From positions 6,316-70,315 of the forward strand of contig JAIXYL010000169.1 of assembly GCA_027490265.1 (NCBI GenBank): a stretch of DNA of 64,000 nt, given 5' to 3'. The DNA comes from Sediminibacterium sp. (lineage in GTDB: Bacteria; Bacteroidota; Bacteroidia; Chitinophagales; Chitinophagaceae). The notes beneath the pieces are model-generated. The model was not told the origin of the DNA. It searched no databases and saw nothing but the letters and a program-made list of their open reading frames with translations. Position numbers and translations under genes: made by a program. Shown one piece after another: positions 19,908-28,924 of the stretch; position 1 is the first letter of the stretch, and every line of letters begins with the position of its first letter.

Positions 19908-19968
19908 TTTAATTGGTTTAAGTTCTTTCGTAGCCGTTTCGTTACCTTCACAGTGCAAAAATAATCAT

Positions 19969-21168
19969 ATGTCTAGTTTTATCATCACCTGCCCCAATTG
20001 TAATCACCAATTTGAACCTGGTGATTCCATGCGAGATGAAATTGAAAAAGAATTAAGGGGTAAAATGAACGATTGGAAAAAGAAAAAAGAGATAGAAACC
20101 GCTGAACTTTTAGAAGCCGAAAAAAAGCGCATACAAACAGAAATGCAGGAAGCAGTTAAAAAAACATTGGCTGCAGATTATGAAAATCAATTAAAACTAT
20201 TGCAACAAGAAGCAGCAGACAATGCTGAAAAATTAAAAGCATCCAGACAAAAAGAACTTGAGTTTTTGCAAAAAGAACAAGCGTTAAAAACCAAGGAAGC
20301 CGAATTACAAATTACGATTCAGCGTCAGTTATTAGAAGAGCGCGCAAAACTAAAGGAGCAATTGATAAAAGAAGAATCCGAAAAATCGAGTATCAAAGAA
20401 CAAGAATATCAACTTCGGATGAAAGAAATGGAAAAGCAAATTGAAGACCAAAAGAAATTGGTTGAAGAAATGCGGCGTAAATCAGAACAAGGCAGCATGC
20501 AGTTACAGGGTGAAGTGCAAGAGCTTATGTTAGAAGAAATGCTGCAATCTACTTTCCCATTTGATAAAATAGAAGAAGTTGGCAAAGGTGTTCGTGGTGC
20601 AGACTGTATACAAGTGGTTAGAAATCAATTTGGCAATGAGTCTGGGAAAATCATTTATGAAAGCAAGCGTACAAAAGACTTTTCTAACGAATGGATAGAA
20701 AAACTCAAAAAAGACATGCGCAATTTTGGGGCTGATGTAGCCGTCATCGTTACCCAAACCTTTCCAAAAGACATGGATCGTTTCGGTGAAAAAGATGGCG
20801 TTTATATATGTACATTCACTGAAGTAAGAAGTGTAGCACTCTTGTTGCGGAATGCTTTACTCAAAATTGCAGACGCCCGAAAAAGCCAAGAGAACAAAGG
20901 CGATAAAATGGTCATGCTTTACGATTATTTAACTGGTACAGAATTTAGTGAACAATGGAAAGCCATTCGGGAAGGCTTTATGAGTATGAGACAAAGTATC
21001 CAAAAAGAAAGAGATACCATGGAAAGATTGTGGAAAGCTAGAGAAAAGCAATTGGAAAAAGTTTTGTTGAATGCAGCACATATACAAGGCTCTGTAGAAG
21101 GCATTGCTGGTGCCGATGCAGTAAATTTAAATTTATTAGAAGACAACGATACATTACTCATTGATTAA
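19969..21168 (+). CDS. DUF2130 family protein: N-terminal zinc ribbon, long coiled coil, C-terminal PD-(D/E)xK nuclease-like domain
   Basis: ATG at 19969 gives MSSFIITCPNCNHQFEPG. About 190 residues of E/K/Q/L-rich coiled coil follow. The C-terminal domain carries GADCIQ (Asp codon 20602-20604) and IIYESK (E-S-K codons 20659-20667). The 58 codons upstream in the track overlap the divergent gene and are rejected. Confidence 0.75.
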   Translation: MSSFIITCPNCNHQFEPGDSMRDEIEKELRGKMNDWKKKKEIETAELLEAEKKRIQTEMQEAVKKTLAADYENQLKLLQQEAADNAEKLKASRQKELEFLQKEQALKTKEAELQITIQRQLLEERAKLKEQLIKEESEKSSIKEQEYQLRMKEMEKQIEDQKKLVEEMRRKSEQGSMQLQGEVQELMLEEMLQSTFPFDKIEEVGKGVRGADCIQVVRNQFGNESGKIIYESKRTKDFSNEWIEKLKKDMRNFGADVAVIVTQTFPKDMDRFGEKDGVYICTFTEVRSVALLLRNALLKIADARKSQENKGDKMVMLYDYLTGTEFSEQWKAIREGFMSMRQSIQKERDTMERLWKAREKQLEKVLLNAAHIQGSVEGIAGADAVNLNLLEDNDTLLID

Positions 21169-22258
21169 TTTTTTCGACCATATTAATCCAGAAGGCAAAA
21201 CCAATATTCCTTCAAGAAGGAAACCCATGTTTCCAATCAAGGAAGATTTGCGACAATACTTGAAGCGATATGGCCGGGAAGTGGCTTTGCCCTTTAGTTA
21301 CCAAGATTTACAGCGATTTACTTATACGCATCCATTAAAAGACAAAAATGGCAAAGACACTGCATGGGAACAGGTTTCCTATGATATGCGTGAATGGGAA
21401 TTCTTAAGGCAAAGTTTGGTAAAAGTATATGCCATTTTAAAAACAGAAGGCGACTTAAGTTTTGCCAATCACTTAGATGTCGCCCGAATTGATTATTGTT
21501 ATTTTGGCAATAGTCAACCATTTAGAATTCGCATAGTCAATAAGTTCAACGATAATTACGATCATTATTATATAAAACGAGGCGACGCAAGCAGGATTTA
21601 TGGATTAGAATTGGAACATATTTTGTCCCCTAATCGCATCACTTATTTCACCAGCAAAGACACATTGATTGAAGAACATATTCCTGGCATACCCGGCGAC
21701 TTATTTATTCGAGACCATCTACAATCAAACAGTACCAATAAAATTCGATTAGCCAAAGAATTTGTAAAATTTAATGAGCGCTGTTTCGTTCAATTACTTG
21801 GCGATATGCGGTCTTACAATTTTGTTGTAAACATCATTCCAGATATTGAAGATTTTCAATACCGTATTCGGGCGATTGATTTTGATCAACAATCCTATGA
21901 AGGCAGAAAAAATTTATACCTACCCCAATTTTTTAAAGACAATCAAGCCTTGGTAAATTTGGTACTTCAACATCTAGACAAACGTTCTATTGAACAATAC
22001 CAAGCTGAAGAAAAAACCATGATGACTTTTAGATTGGTCTCATCAAGATATAGAGTGAAAGAGCTTTTAGATATTATGGATGATGACCCTATTTCAACCG
22101 AAGCAAAAATGACTGAGTTAAAAGACGCTTTGTTTATACACTTCAACAACAAACAATATTTGAAAGCCAAAACCATGGGACAAATTCTAAAAACCCATCT
22201 AAAATGTTCATTGAGTAAGTATTTAAAAAAAATGCCTAAGACTGGTAAACACGAATAA
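21161..22258 (+). CDS. Hypothetical protein with RIO/Kdo-like atypical protein-kinase-fold motifs
   Basis: HYYIKRGD (Lys 21575-21577), GLELEH, the hinge-like IEEHIPG, LGDMRSYNFVV (D 21803-21805, N 21818-21820) and IRAIDFDQQ (21878-21886). The start is either TTG 21161 (8-nt overlap with DUF2130) or ATG 21227. Confidence 0.55.
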   Translation: MINFFDHINPEGKTNIPSRRKPMFPIKEDLRQYLKRYGREVALPFSYQDLQRFTYTHPLKDKNGKDTAWEQVSYDMREWEFLRQSLVKVYAILKTEGDLSFANHLDVARIDYCYFGNSQPFRIRIVNKFNDNYDHYYIKRGDASRIYGLELEHILSPNRITYFTSKDTLIEEHIPGIPGDLFIRDHLQSNSTNKIRLAKEFVKFNERCFVQLLGDMRSYNFVVNIIPDIEDFQYRIRAIDFDQQSYEGRKNLYLPQFFKDNQALVNLVLQHLDKRSIEQYQAEEKTMMTFRLVSSRYRVKELLDIMDDDPISTEAKMTELKDALFIHFNNKQYLKAKTMGQILKTHLKCSLSKYLKKMPKTGKHE

Positions 22259-22259
22259 A

Positions 22260-22895
22260 TTATTGGCTATTAACCCAGACCAAACTCAATGAATCGGTTA
22301 ATTGATACTGCAAAATTAATCTAGTCGCAAATAGGCCTTTCTGAAAAGTAGCCATCAACTCACCCGTGTTTTGTATTGCCGTTGCATCAATTCGCATGCA
22401 ATCACTAAAATCAACATCGCCCCTGCCCCACCATTTAAACATGGCTTCTTTGGCACTCCACAACAAGGTTAATGTTTTATACTTTTCTAAATCGTTTAAA
22501 GTCTCAATTTTCCACTCAATCAGTTCATGTGGGTGTAAAAATTTATGGCGAATTTTATCCACCCGATGGGTCACTAATTCTACATCTATGCCAACCCTTT
22601 CAGATTGACTTACAATGGCTGCAGCATAATTGCCACAATGCGAAATTGAAAAATGATAGGCTTCATTGGGTAAATAAGGTTTTCTTGTATCCGCAATTTG
22701 AATTAAATCCGTTGGAAACTCAGGTACTAAATATGGCAATAAATAACGGCCAGCCAAATGCTGTAATCTTTTGTGGGGGTGGCTTACCGCCTGTTGCACA
22801 CTGACTTTTTGGGTAAAAAAGCGCTCTGGCTCTTCAATCAACCAAACGGCCATTTGAGTAAAATCGTTGATATTTTGTTGATAATAGATGGGCAC
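22260..22895 (-). CDS. 4'-phosphopantetheinyl transferase (Sfp type)
   Basis: GIDVE...WSAKEAMFKWWG motifs of PPTase superfamily group II. Confidence 0.85.
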   Translation of the reverse strand: MPIYYQQNINDFTQMAVWLIEEPERFFTQKVSVQQAVSHPHKRLQHLAGRYLLPYLVPEFPTDLIQIADTRKPYLPNEAYHFSISHCGNYAAAIVSQSERVGIDVELVTHRVDKIRHKFLHPHELIEWKIETLNDLEKYKTLTLLWSAKEAMFKWWGRGDVDFSDCMRIDATAIQNTGELMATFQKGLFATRLILQYQLTDSLSLVWVNSQ

Positions 22896-22963
22896 AAAAA
22901 GATTTTAGCGTATACATTGCAGAATTAGCATTTTTTTGCAATTCAACAGTAAAATTAACTGGA

Positions 22964-23500
22964 ATGATTTTAAGTGATTTACGCATTTTAGAAGAAATTG
23001 AAAAAGGAACAATCAAAATTGAACCTTATAACAGAGCCGATTTAGGGAGCAATAGTTATGATGTGCATTTGGGAAAATGGCTAGCGACTTATACTGATGA
23101 AGTGTTAGATGCTAAAAAACACAACACCATTACTTATTTTGAAATTCCAGATGAAGGCTATGTATTGCATCCCAGCGGCTTCTACCTGGGCGTTACAGAA
23201 GAATATACAGAAACGCATGCGCATGTACCTTTTTTAGAAGGCAAGTCTTCTACGGGGCGCTTAGGCATCGACATCCATGCTACCGCTGGTAAAGGGGATG
23301 TGGGCTTCTGTGGCAACTGGACATTGGAAATTTCTTGTAAACAACCCGTTCGTGTTTACAAAGGCATGCCAATTGGTCAATTAATTTATTTTCCAGTTGA
23401 TGGAGAAATTGGCGTGAAATACAACCAAAAAGGGAATGCTAAATACAGCGGACAACCCAATAAACCGATTGAAAGCATGATGTGGAAGAATCAATTTTAA
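22964..23500 (+). CDS. dcd: dCTP deaminase
   Basis: 178 aa: MILSDLRILEEIEKGTIKIEP...NSYDVHLG...GKSSTGRLGI.... Confidence 0.9.
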   Translation: MILSDLRILEEIEKGTIKIEPYNRADLGSNSYDVHLGKWLATYTDEVLDAKKHNTITYFEIPDEGYVLHPSGFYLGVTEEYTETHAHVPFLEGKSSTGRLGIDIHATAGKGDVGFCGNWTLEISCKQPVRVYKGMPIGQLIYFPVDGEIGVKYNQKGNAKYSGQPNKPIESMMWKNQF

Positions 23501-23970
23501 TTCAACCACCAAATACTGGCATTCAAAATACTGGCAAAACTCACCCACAATAAATAGGGAATCATGAGGTATGCAGCCCAGTTAGACAGTTGCTTGAACT
23601 GCAAAATGGTGAGTAGAATGAACATCCACATGGCCATTATTTCTGCAAAAGCCCATCCTAATAAATGGTATTTAAAGAAAATGATTGACCAGAAAAAGTT
23701 CAATACAAATTGAATGGCGAATAACCAAAGTGCTCTGGTCCTTTCTTCTGAACCGGGCAATTTCCAAATCAAATACAAGCTAATCCCCATTAGCAAATAC
23801 AAAATGGTCCACACAGGACCGAATAACCAATTTGGGGGATTGAAGAATGGTTTGTTCAGACCTGCATACCAAGTAGGGATTTCCGAAACAGTAAAAATAC
23901 CCCCGAGTGAACCCAATCCAACAATCAAAATGACTGAAATAACTAGTTTTTGTGTTGAGCTGATTTGCAT
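23497..23970 (-). CDS. tspO: TspO/MBR family tryptophan-rich sensory protein
   Basis: WYAGLNKPFFNPPNWLFGPVWTILYLLMG is the TspO signature. A start at ATG 23970 gives about 157 aa. Confidence 0.85.
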   Translation of the reverse strand: MQISSTQKLVISVILIVGLGSLGGIFTVSEIPTWYAGLNKPFFNPPNWLFGPVWTILYLLMGISLYLIWKLPGSEERTRALWLFAIQFVLNFFWSIIFFKYHLLGWAFAEIMAMWMFILLTILQFKQLSNWAAYLMIPYLLWVSFASILNASIWWLN

Positions 23971-25073
23971 GTTGGATGATTTTGATAGCTGATTAACCAA
24001 GCAATGACTTCATTGTAACTGTCAATTCCAGCGAGTTGTTCGTTTAATTTTAGAAACTGATCATACAAATCATTGCTGATAGGGCTGATGTCATTTTTTC
24101 TGGCATTAAAAAACGCACGAATATCGGCACGGTCTTTTTTAACCAAAGAATCCATGCGTTGCTTATTCAGCTGAATGACTTTTTCAAATGCAGAAAAATT
24201 GGTTTTCGCATACAAAAGATACTGCTCATTTAGTGAATAACTCAATAAATCTAAATACATAGAATATTGAAAGTAAGGATTCTCACTGTTTTTAACCGCC
24301 AAATACCCTACAAAACTTGCTTCACTTTCACTGGCATATCCCATTTGATGGGCAATTTCATGGCAAACAATAAATGGATTTAAAATACCTGGCAAATCTG
24401 GTCTTATTTGGGCCTCACCAGTAAACGGATTAAAGTATCCAGAAAAACCGATATAATCCCCTAAAGGTGTCCACAAGCTGTATTTTACAGATTGTATCGG
24501 ATGTTTTAAAAAAGGGAATTGACCTGCTGATCGTTGATAAGCTTTTTGGGCTTCAACAATGAGCTGGTCTTTAGATAGAGTAGGCAAACTATCTTTCCCT
24601 ATTTTTTGGCGATAATAATTGGCTGAATCAATGAGTTGATTGGTCAAAACGGTGATTTCTTTCAGGCCATATTTTGAGGGATTTAAGCCTAATTGCAGCG
24701 CAATCCCTCCTTTTTTGTAATTGAACCCCCAAAAAAGTTGAAACAAAACATACCCCATTAAGCCAATTTGTAACAAACGATTCAATCCCGCTAAAAGACA
24801 GACCCATTTTTGATTGGCGAATAAAAAACGCTTGCCCCATAAAAAACAATGAACCACTAACCAAATGGCCAAGGCTGCATATAACCAATCACCCAAACTA
24901 AATGGGAACCAATTGCTGGTATATTGAAGGATTTTGGACAAGCGTGGATAAAATATTGCACTATACCAGTTTTCCACAAAATCGGTGGATTGGCCAGCTA
25001 AAAACACCAAACTGCTGATTAAAAGCCAAAAAATCGTCTTTTTAACTTGTTTTTCATCTAATCTAAGCTGCAT
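23943..25073 (-). CDS. DUF3810 domain-containing putative zinc metalloprotease (membrane-anchored)
   Basis: Three N-terminal TM helices and the HExxH motif VCHEIAHQMGY. Confidence 0.7.
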   Translation of the reverse strand: MQLRLDEKQVKKTIFWLLISSLVFLAGQSTDFVENWYSAIFYPRLSKILQYTSNWFPFSLGDWLYAALAIWLVVHCFLWGKRFLFANQKWVCLLAGLNRLLQIGLMGYVLFQLFWGFNYKKGGIALQLGLNPSKYGLKEITVLTNQLIDSANYYRQKIGKDSLPTLSKDQLIVEAQKAYQRSAGQFPFLKHPIQSVKYSLWTPLGDYIGFSGYFNPFTGEAQIRPDLPGILNPFIVCHEIAHQMGYASESEASFVGYLAVKNSENPYFQYSMYLDLLSYSLNEQYLLYAKTNFSAFEKVIQLNKQRMDSLVKKDRADIRAFFNARKNDISPISNDLYDQFLKLNEQLAGIDSYNEVIAWLISYQNHPTCKSAQHKN

Positions 25074-25161
25074 AAAAGCCCCATTCTTTGTTAAAGTTAA
25101 GACCGGCCAGTCATTCCAAGGCTTATTTTTAGTTTACTTTGGCAAATTGGGCTGTTTTTTC

Positions 25162-25169
25162 TACCTTTG
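25162..25169 (+). promoter_or_regulatory. Bacteroidota primary-sigma -7 box (TAccTTTG) for yceD-rpmF-plsX
   Basis: Exact match to TAnnTTTG. A TTTG at 25138-25141 lies 20 nt upstream (the -33 element). The start codon is 15-21 nt downstream. Confidence 0.5.
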
Positions 25170-25183
25170 CAAACCCTTAAAAC

Positions 25184-25735
25184 GTGGATATGAATCATCG
25201 GCGCGAATATGAGATCGCATTTGTGGGTTTAAAGCCGGGTGTTCATGTATACGAATACAAGGTGGATGATCAGTTCTTTATTCCTTATGGTGAGCAAGAT
25301 TTCAGCAATTGTGAAGCAACTGTAAAGTTGTTGCTAGACAAAAAATCAGGTTTCATGCAATTGAAATTTGACATTGATGGCCGTATCCAAGCAGGATGCG
25401 ATCGTTGCGGAAATACACTTCCATTGCAGTTATGGGACGAGTTCAATATCATTGTAAAAATGGTAGATGAGCCCGATACATTAAATGAGCAAGAAGAAGA
25501 TCCAGATGTATACTATATCAGTAGAAACGAAAGTCATCTGCAGATAGCCAATTGGATTTATGAATTTGTAAATTTGAGTATCCCATTGCAGAAAACCTGT
25601 TCCCCAGAGGAAATGGGTGGACCAAAGTGCAATTTGGAAGTACTAGAGAAATTGAGAAAGATGGAAGAAGACGCCACAAAAGATAGTACCCCAACCGTAT
25701 GGAAGGGTTTAGAAAAGTTTAAAGATTTAGAATAA
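25184..25735 (+). CDS. YceD/DUF177 family protein
   Basis: Conserved position immediately upstream of rpmF, plus the CDRCG motif. The ATG at 25190 is likelier than the GTG at 25184. Confidence 0.85.
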   Translation: MDMNHRREYEIAFVGLKPGVHVYEYKVDDQFFIPYGEQDFSNCEATVKLLLDKKSGFMQLKFDIDGRIQAGCDRCGNTLPLQLWDEFNIIVKMVDEPDTLNEQEEDPDVYYISRNESHLQIANWIYEFVNLSIPLQKTCSPEEMGGPKCNLEVLEKLRKMEEDATKDSTPTVWKGLEKFKDLE

Positions 25736-25763
25736 ACATTTTTGATACCATAAATTTTGAGCA

Positions 25764-25958
25764 ATGCCAAATCCAAAACGCAGACATTCACAGCAGAGAA
25801 GTGCTAAAAGAAGAACGCACTATGTAGCACAAGAAGTTACATTGAGCAAGGACTCCACAACCGGAGAAATACATGTACGCCATCGTGCACATGTAAGCGA
25901 AGGAAAATTGTTCTATAAAGGAAAATTGGTTGCTGAAAAAGCACCATTGAAAGCGTAA
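25764..25958 (+). CDS. rpmF: 50S ribosomal protein L32
   Basis: MPNPKRRHSQQRSAKRRTH... is the canonical L32 N-terminus. Confidence 0.95.
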   Translation: MPNPKRRHSQQRSAKRRTHYVAQEVTLSKDSTTGEIHVRHRAHVSEGKLFYKGKLVAEKAPLKA

Positions 25959-25993
25959 CCTTTACAGATCAGTTATACCCTTAGCTTGCTGCA

Positions 25994-26941
25994 ATGAATA
26001 TAGGAATAGACATGATGGGAGGAGATTTTGCACCGTTAGAAGCGGTGAAAGGCATACTTCTGTACTTGTCTAATCAACCATCAGCGGTTCAGATATACTG
26101 CATAGGTGATGAAACTTTAGTGAATCCTTTAATCAAGGAATATGAAGTTTCATCACCTAATTTGCATTTTATACATGCCCCAGAAACCATTGGGTATCAT
26201 GAACATCCAACAAAAGCATTAAAAGAAAAACAACAATCTTCCATTGCCATTGGATTTCATTTATTGGCCAGCGGAAAAATTGATGCTTTTATTAGTGCAG
26301 GCAATACAGGTGCCATGTTGGTGGGTGCAATGTTTACCATTAAAGCCATCGATGGCGTCAACAGACCCACTATTGCAACCGTAATACCAAAACTAAACGG
26401 AGGCACTGGTGTATTATTAGATGTTGGCTTGAATGCAGATTGTAAACCAGAATTATTAAATCAGTTTGCTGTGTTAGGATCTTTGTATGCCAAACATATT
26501 CTTGGTATCACCAATCCAACAGTTGGTTTGGTTAATGTTGGTGAAGAAGAAGGCAAAGGCAATCTGTTAGCACAAGCCACTTATCCCCTATTAAAAGACA
26601 ACCAACAATTACAATTCGTCGGAAATATAGAAGGAAGAGATTTCTTCAATGACAAAGCAGACGTCATGGTTTGCGATGGATTTACCGGCAATATTGTTTT
26701 AAAAATGGCCGAATCCTTTTATGATTTGGCCAAAGAAAGAGGCCTTTCTAACGACGCTTATTTAAACAGATTTCATTACGAAAATTATGGTGGCACACCA
26801 GTATTGGGCGTTGCCAAACCAGTCATCATTGGTCATGGTATTAGTAATGCCAAAGCTTTTGCTAATATGGTGTCATTGGCAGAAAAAATGATTGCCAGTA
26901 ATTTATGCGCAAAAATGGCGGAGTCATTTCAAACGACTTAA
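25994..26941 (+). CDS. plsX: Phosphate acyltransferase PlsX
   Basis: IGIDMMGGDFAP...SAGNTGA...CDGFTGNI motifs. Confidence 0.95.
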   Translation: MNIGIDMMGGDFAPLEAVKGILLYLSNQPSAVQIYCIGDETLVNPLIKEYEVSSPNLHFIHAPETIGYHEHPTKALKEKQQSSIAIGFHLLASGKIDAFISAGNTGAMLVGAMFTIKAIDGVNRPTIATVIPKLNGGTGVLLDVGLNADCKPELLNQFAVLGSLYAKHILGITNPTVGLVNVGEEEGKGNLLAQATYPLLKDNQQLQFVGNIEGRDFFNDKADVMVCDGFTGNIVLKMAESFYDLAKERGLSNDAYLNRFHYENYGGTPVLGVAKPVIIGHGISNAKAFANMVSLAEKMIASNLCAKMAESFQTT

Positions 26942-26959
26942 TGCGCTAAACCCTATACG

Positions 26960-27529
26960 ATGTTTCGCAAAATTTGCTTGTTTCTACTGAAATTAAACGG
27001 ATGGAAACTGGATCCCAGTTTGCCCAAAGAAATTCGAAAATGCATTGTCATTGCAGCCCCACATACCAGTAATTGGGATTTTTGGTACATGATATTATCA
27101 TTCGGCGTATATGGGTTAAAAGTGAGATTTACCGTAAAAAAAGAATGGATGGTTTTTCCATTTAAACTGATCATGCAGCCATTGGGCGGCATTGCCATTG
27201 ATAGAACACCCCGTAAAGATGGCAACCGACCAAGTTTTGTAGATGCAATGACCGATTTATTTAACCAACACGAAGAATTGAGAATCGTCATTACGCCAGA
27301 AGGCACACGCAGCAAAAGAACCGAATGGAAAACAGGTTTCTACTATGTCGCAACCAATGCTAAAGTGCCCATTTTATTGGGATATGTTGACTATAAAACC
27401 AAAACAGCAGGTATTGGTCAAACCGTGATTCCTACTACCTATTCCGAAACGATGAAATCCATTATGGATTTTTATCAAACCATTACCCCGAAGTATCCGG
27501 ATCAATTTTCAGTGGATACCAACTATTAG
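26960..27529 (+). CDS. Lysophospholipid (1-acyl-sn-glycerol-3-phosphate-type) acyltransferase
   Basis: HTSNWD (HX4D) and ITPEGTRS motifs. Confidence 0.8.
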   Translation: MFRKICLFLLKLNGWKLDPSLPKEIRKCIVIAAPHTSNWDFWYMILSFGVYGLKVRFTVKKEWMVFPFKLIMQPLGGIAIDRTPRKDGNRPSFVDAMTDLFNQHEELRIVITPEGTRSKRTEWKTGFYYVATNAKVPILLGYVDYKTKTAGIGQTVIPTTYSETMKSIMDFYQTITPKYPDQFSVDTNY

Positions 27530-27539
27530 GTCAAAACAA

Positions 27540-27547
27540 TACCTTTG
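27540..27547 (+). promoter_or_regulatory. -7 box TAccTTTG upstream of the CBS-domain PLP enzyme
   Basis: Exact TAnnTTTG, 22 nt before ATG 27569. Confidence 0.4.
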
Positions 27548-27568
27548 TACAAACAAGCGTTCGTTTTT

Positions 27569-28924
27569 ATGTGGAAGAAAAATGTATTAGAAACCATTGG
27601 CAATACCCCAATGATTCAATTAAATAAAGTATCCAAAGGCATTCCAGGTACCATCTTAGCCAAAGTAGACTATTTTAATCCAGGCAATTCTATTAAGGAT
27701 AGAATGGCATTGAAAATGGTAGAAGTAGCTGAGCAAGAGGGCAAATTGAAGCCAGGAGGCACCATCATTGAAGGCACGAGTGGTAATACGGGTATGGGCC
27801 TTGCATTGGCAGCTTGTGTTAAAGGATACAAATGCATTTTTGTAACTACTGATAAACAGTCGAAAGAAAAGGCAGATATTTTAAAAGCAGTTGGCGCAGA
27901 AGTGATTGTTTGTCCTACCAATGTATTGCCCGAAGATCCGCGCAGTTATTATAGTGTAGCCAAAAGATTGGGTAAAGAAATTCCCAATTCGATGTACATG
28001 AACCAATATGATAATTTGGCCAATAGACAAGCACATTATGAAAGCACAGGCCCTGAAATTTGGGAACAAACAGAAGGCAAAATTACCCACTTGGTTTGTA
28101 CTGCAGGAACTGGTGGTACTATTACTGGAACGGCCATGTATTTAAAGGAAAAGAATCCAAACATAAAAGTTTGGGCAATAGACGTATATGGTTCTTTATT
28201 AACCAATTATTTCAAGACTGGGGAGATCGATATGTCCTATGTTCACCCTTATATCAGTGAAGGATTTGGAGAAGATTTTCTTCCACAAAACTATGATATG
28301 AGCGTGATTGATCATTTTGAACAAGTGACCGATAAAGATGGAGCAGTAATGGCACGCAAGATCGCAAAAGAAGAAGGCTTGTTTTGTGGCTACAGTGCAG
28401 GCTCTTGTTTGCAAGGACTGATTCAATTAAAAGATCAATTACCAAAAGACGCCGTAGTGGTCTGTATTTTTCATGACCATGGCAGTAGGTATGTTGGCAA
28501 AATATACAATGACCAATGGATGATGGAACGTGGCTTTTTAGATGTAAAGACATTCAAAGATATTGTCAATGGCAGACATGCTAAAAGATTGGTGTCCATT
28601 ACCCCTGACAATACTGTTGCAGAAACGGTAGAACTGATGAAGAAATACGATATTGAGCATATACCTGTGATGCACGAAGGCAATCCAATTGGCGCTGTGA
28701 GTGAAAATGGGTTGTTTCAAAAAGTGTTCAGTAACCCTGAAATCAAACATGCTACAGTAAAAAGTGTGATGGAATCAGCCTACCCTTTGGTAGATTTTGA
28801 TACCCCTGTTGAAAGATTGGGTAGCCTAATTAATAAAGAAATTGGGGCAGTGTTGGCAAAAGATGAAAAAGGCGATTACCATATCGTTACTAAGTACGAC
28901 GTCATTCAAAGTTTGGCTAAATAA
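27569..28924 (+). CDS. Cystathionine beta-synthase-like PLP enzyme with a C-terminal CBS-domain pair
   Basis: IGNTPMIQL, NPGNSIKDR, GTSGNTG and TGGTITG (fold-type II PLP), followed by two CBS domains. The ATG at 27569 lies just downstream of a TAccTTTG box. Confidence 0.85.
   Translation: MWKKNVLETIGNTPMIQLNKVSKGIPGTILAKVDYFNPGNSIKDRMALKMVEVAEQEGKLKPGGTIIEGTSGNTGMGLALAACVKGYKCIFVTTDKQSKEKADILKAVGAEVIVCPTNVLPEDPRSYYSVAKRLGKEIPNSMYMNQYDNLANRQAHYESTGPEIWEQTEGKITHLVCTAGTGGTITGTAMYLKEKNPNIKVWAIDVYGSLLTNYFKTGEIDMSYVHPYISEGFGEDFLPQNYDMSVIDHFEQVTDKDGAVMARKIAKEEGLFCGYSAGSCLQGLIQLKDQLPKDAVVVCIFHDHGSRYVGKIYNDQWMMERGFLDVKTFKDIVNGRHAKRLVSITPDNTVAETVELMKKYDIEHIPVMHEGNPIGAVSENGLFQKVFSNPEIKHATVKSVMESAYPLVDFDTPVERLGSLINKEIGAVLAKDEKGDYHIVTKYDVIQSLAK

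Noticed and set aside
19795-19968. 58-codon N-terminal extension of the DUF2130 ORF in the six-frame track
   Set aside because: It overlaps the divergent gene at 19071-19907 on the opposite strand and has no family-like sequence. The conserved zinc-ribbon N-terminus (MSSFIITCPNCNHQF) starts at ATG 19969.
26953-27315. 120-aa minus-strand ORF opposite the acyltransferase gene
   Set aside because: It is antisense to a CDS with HX4D and PEGTR acyltransferase motifs, and has no independent support.
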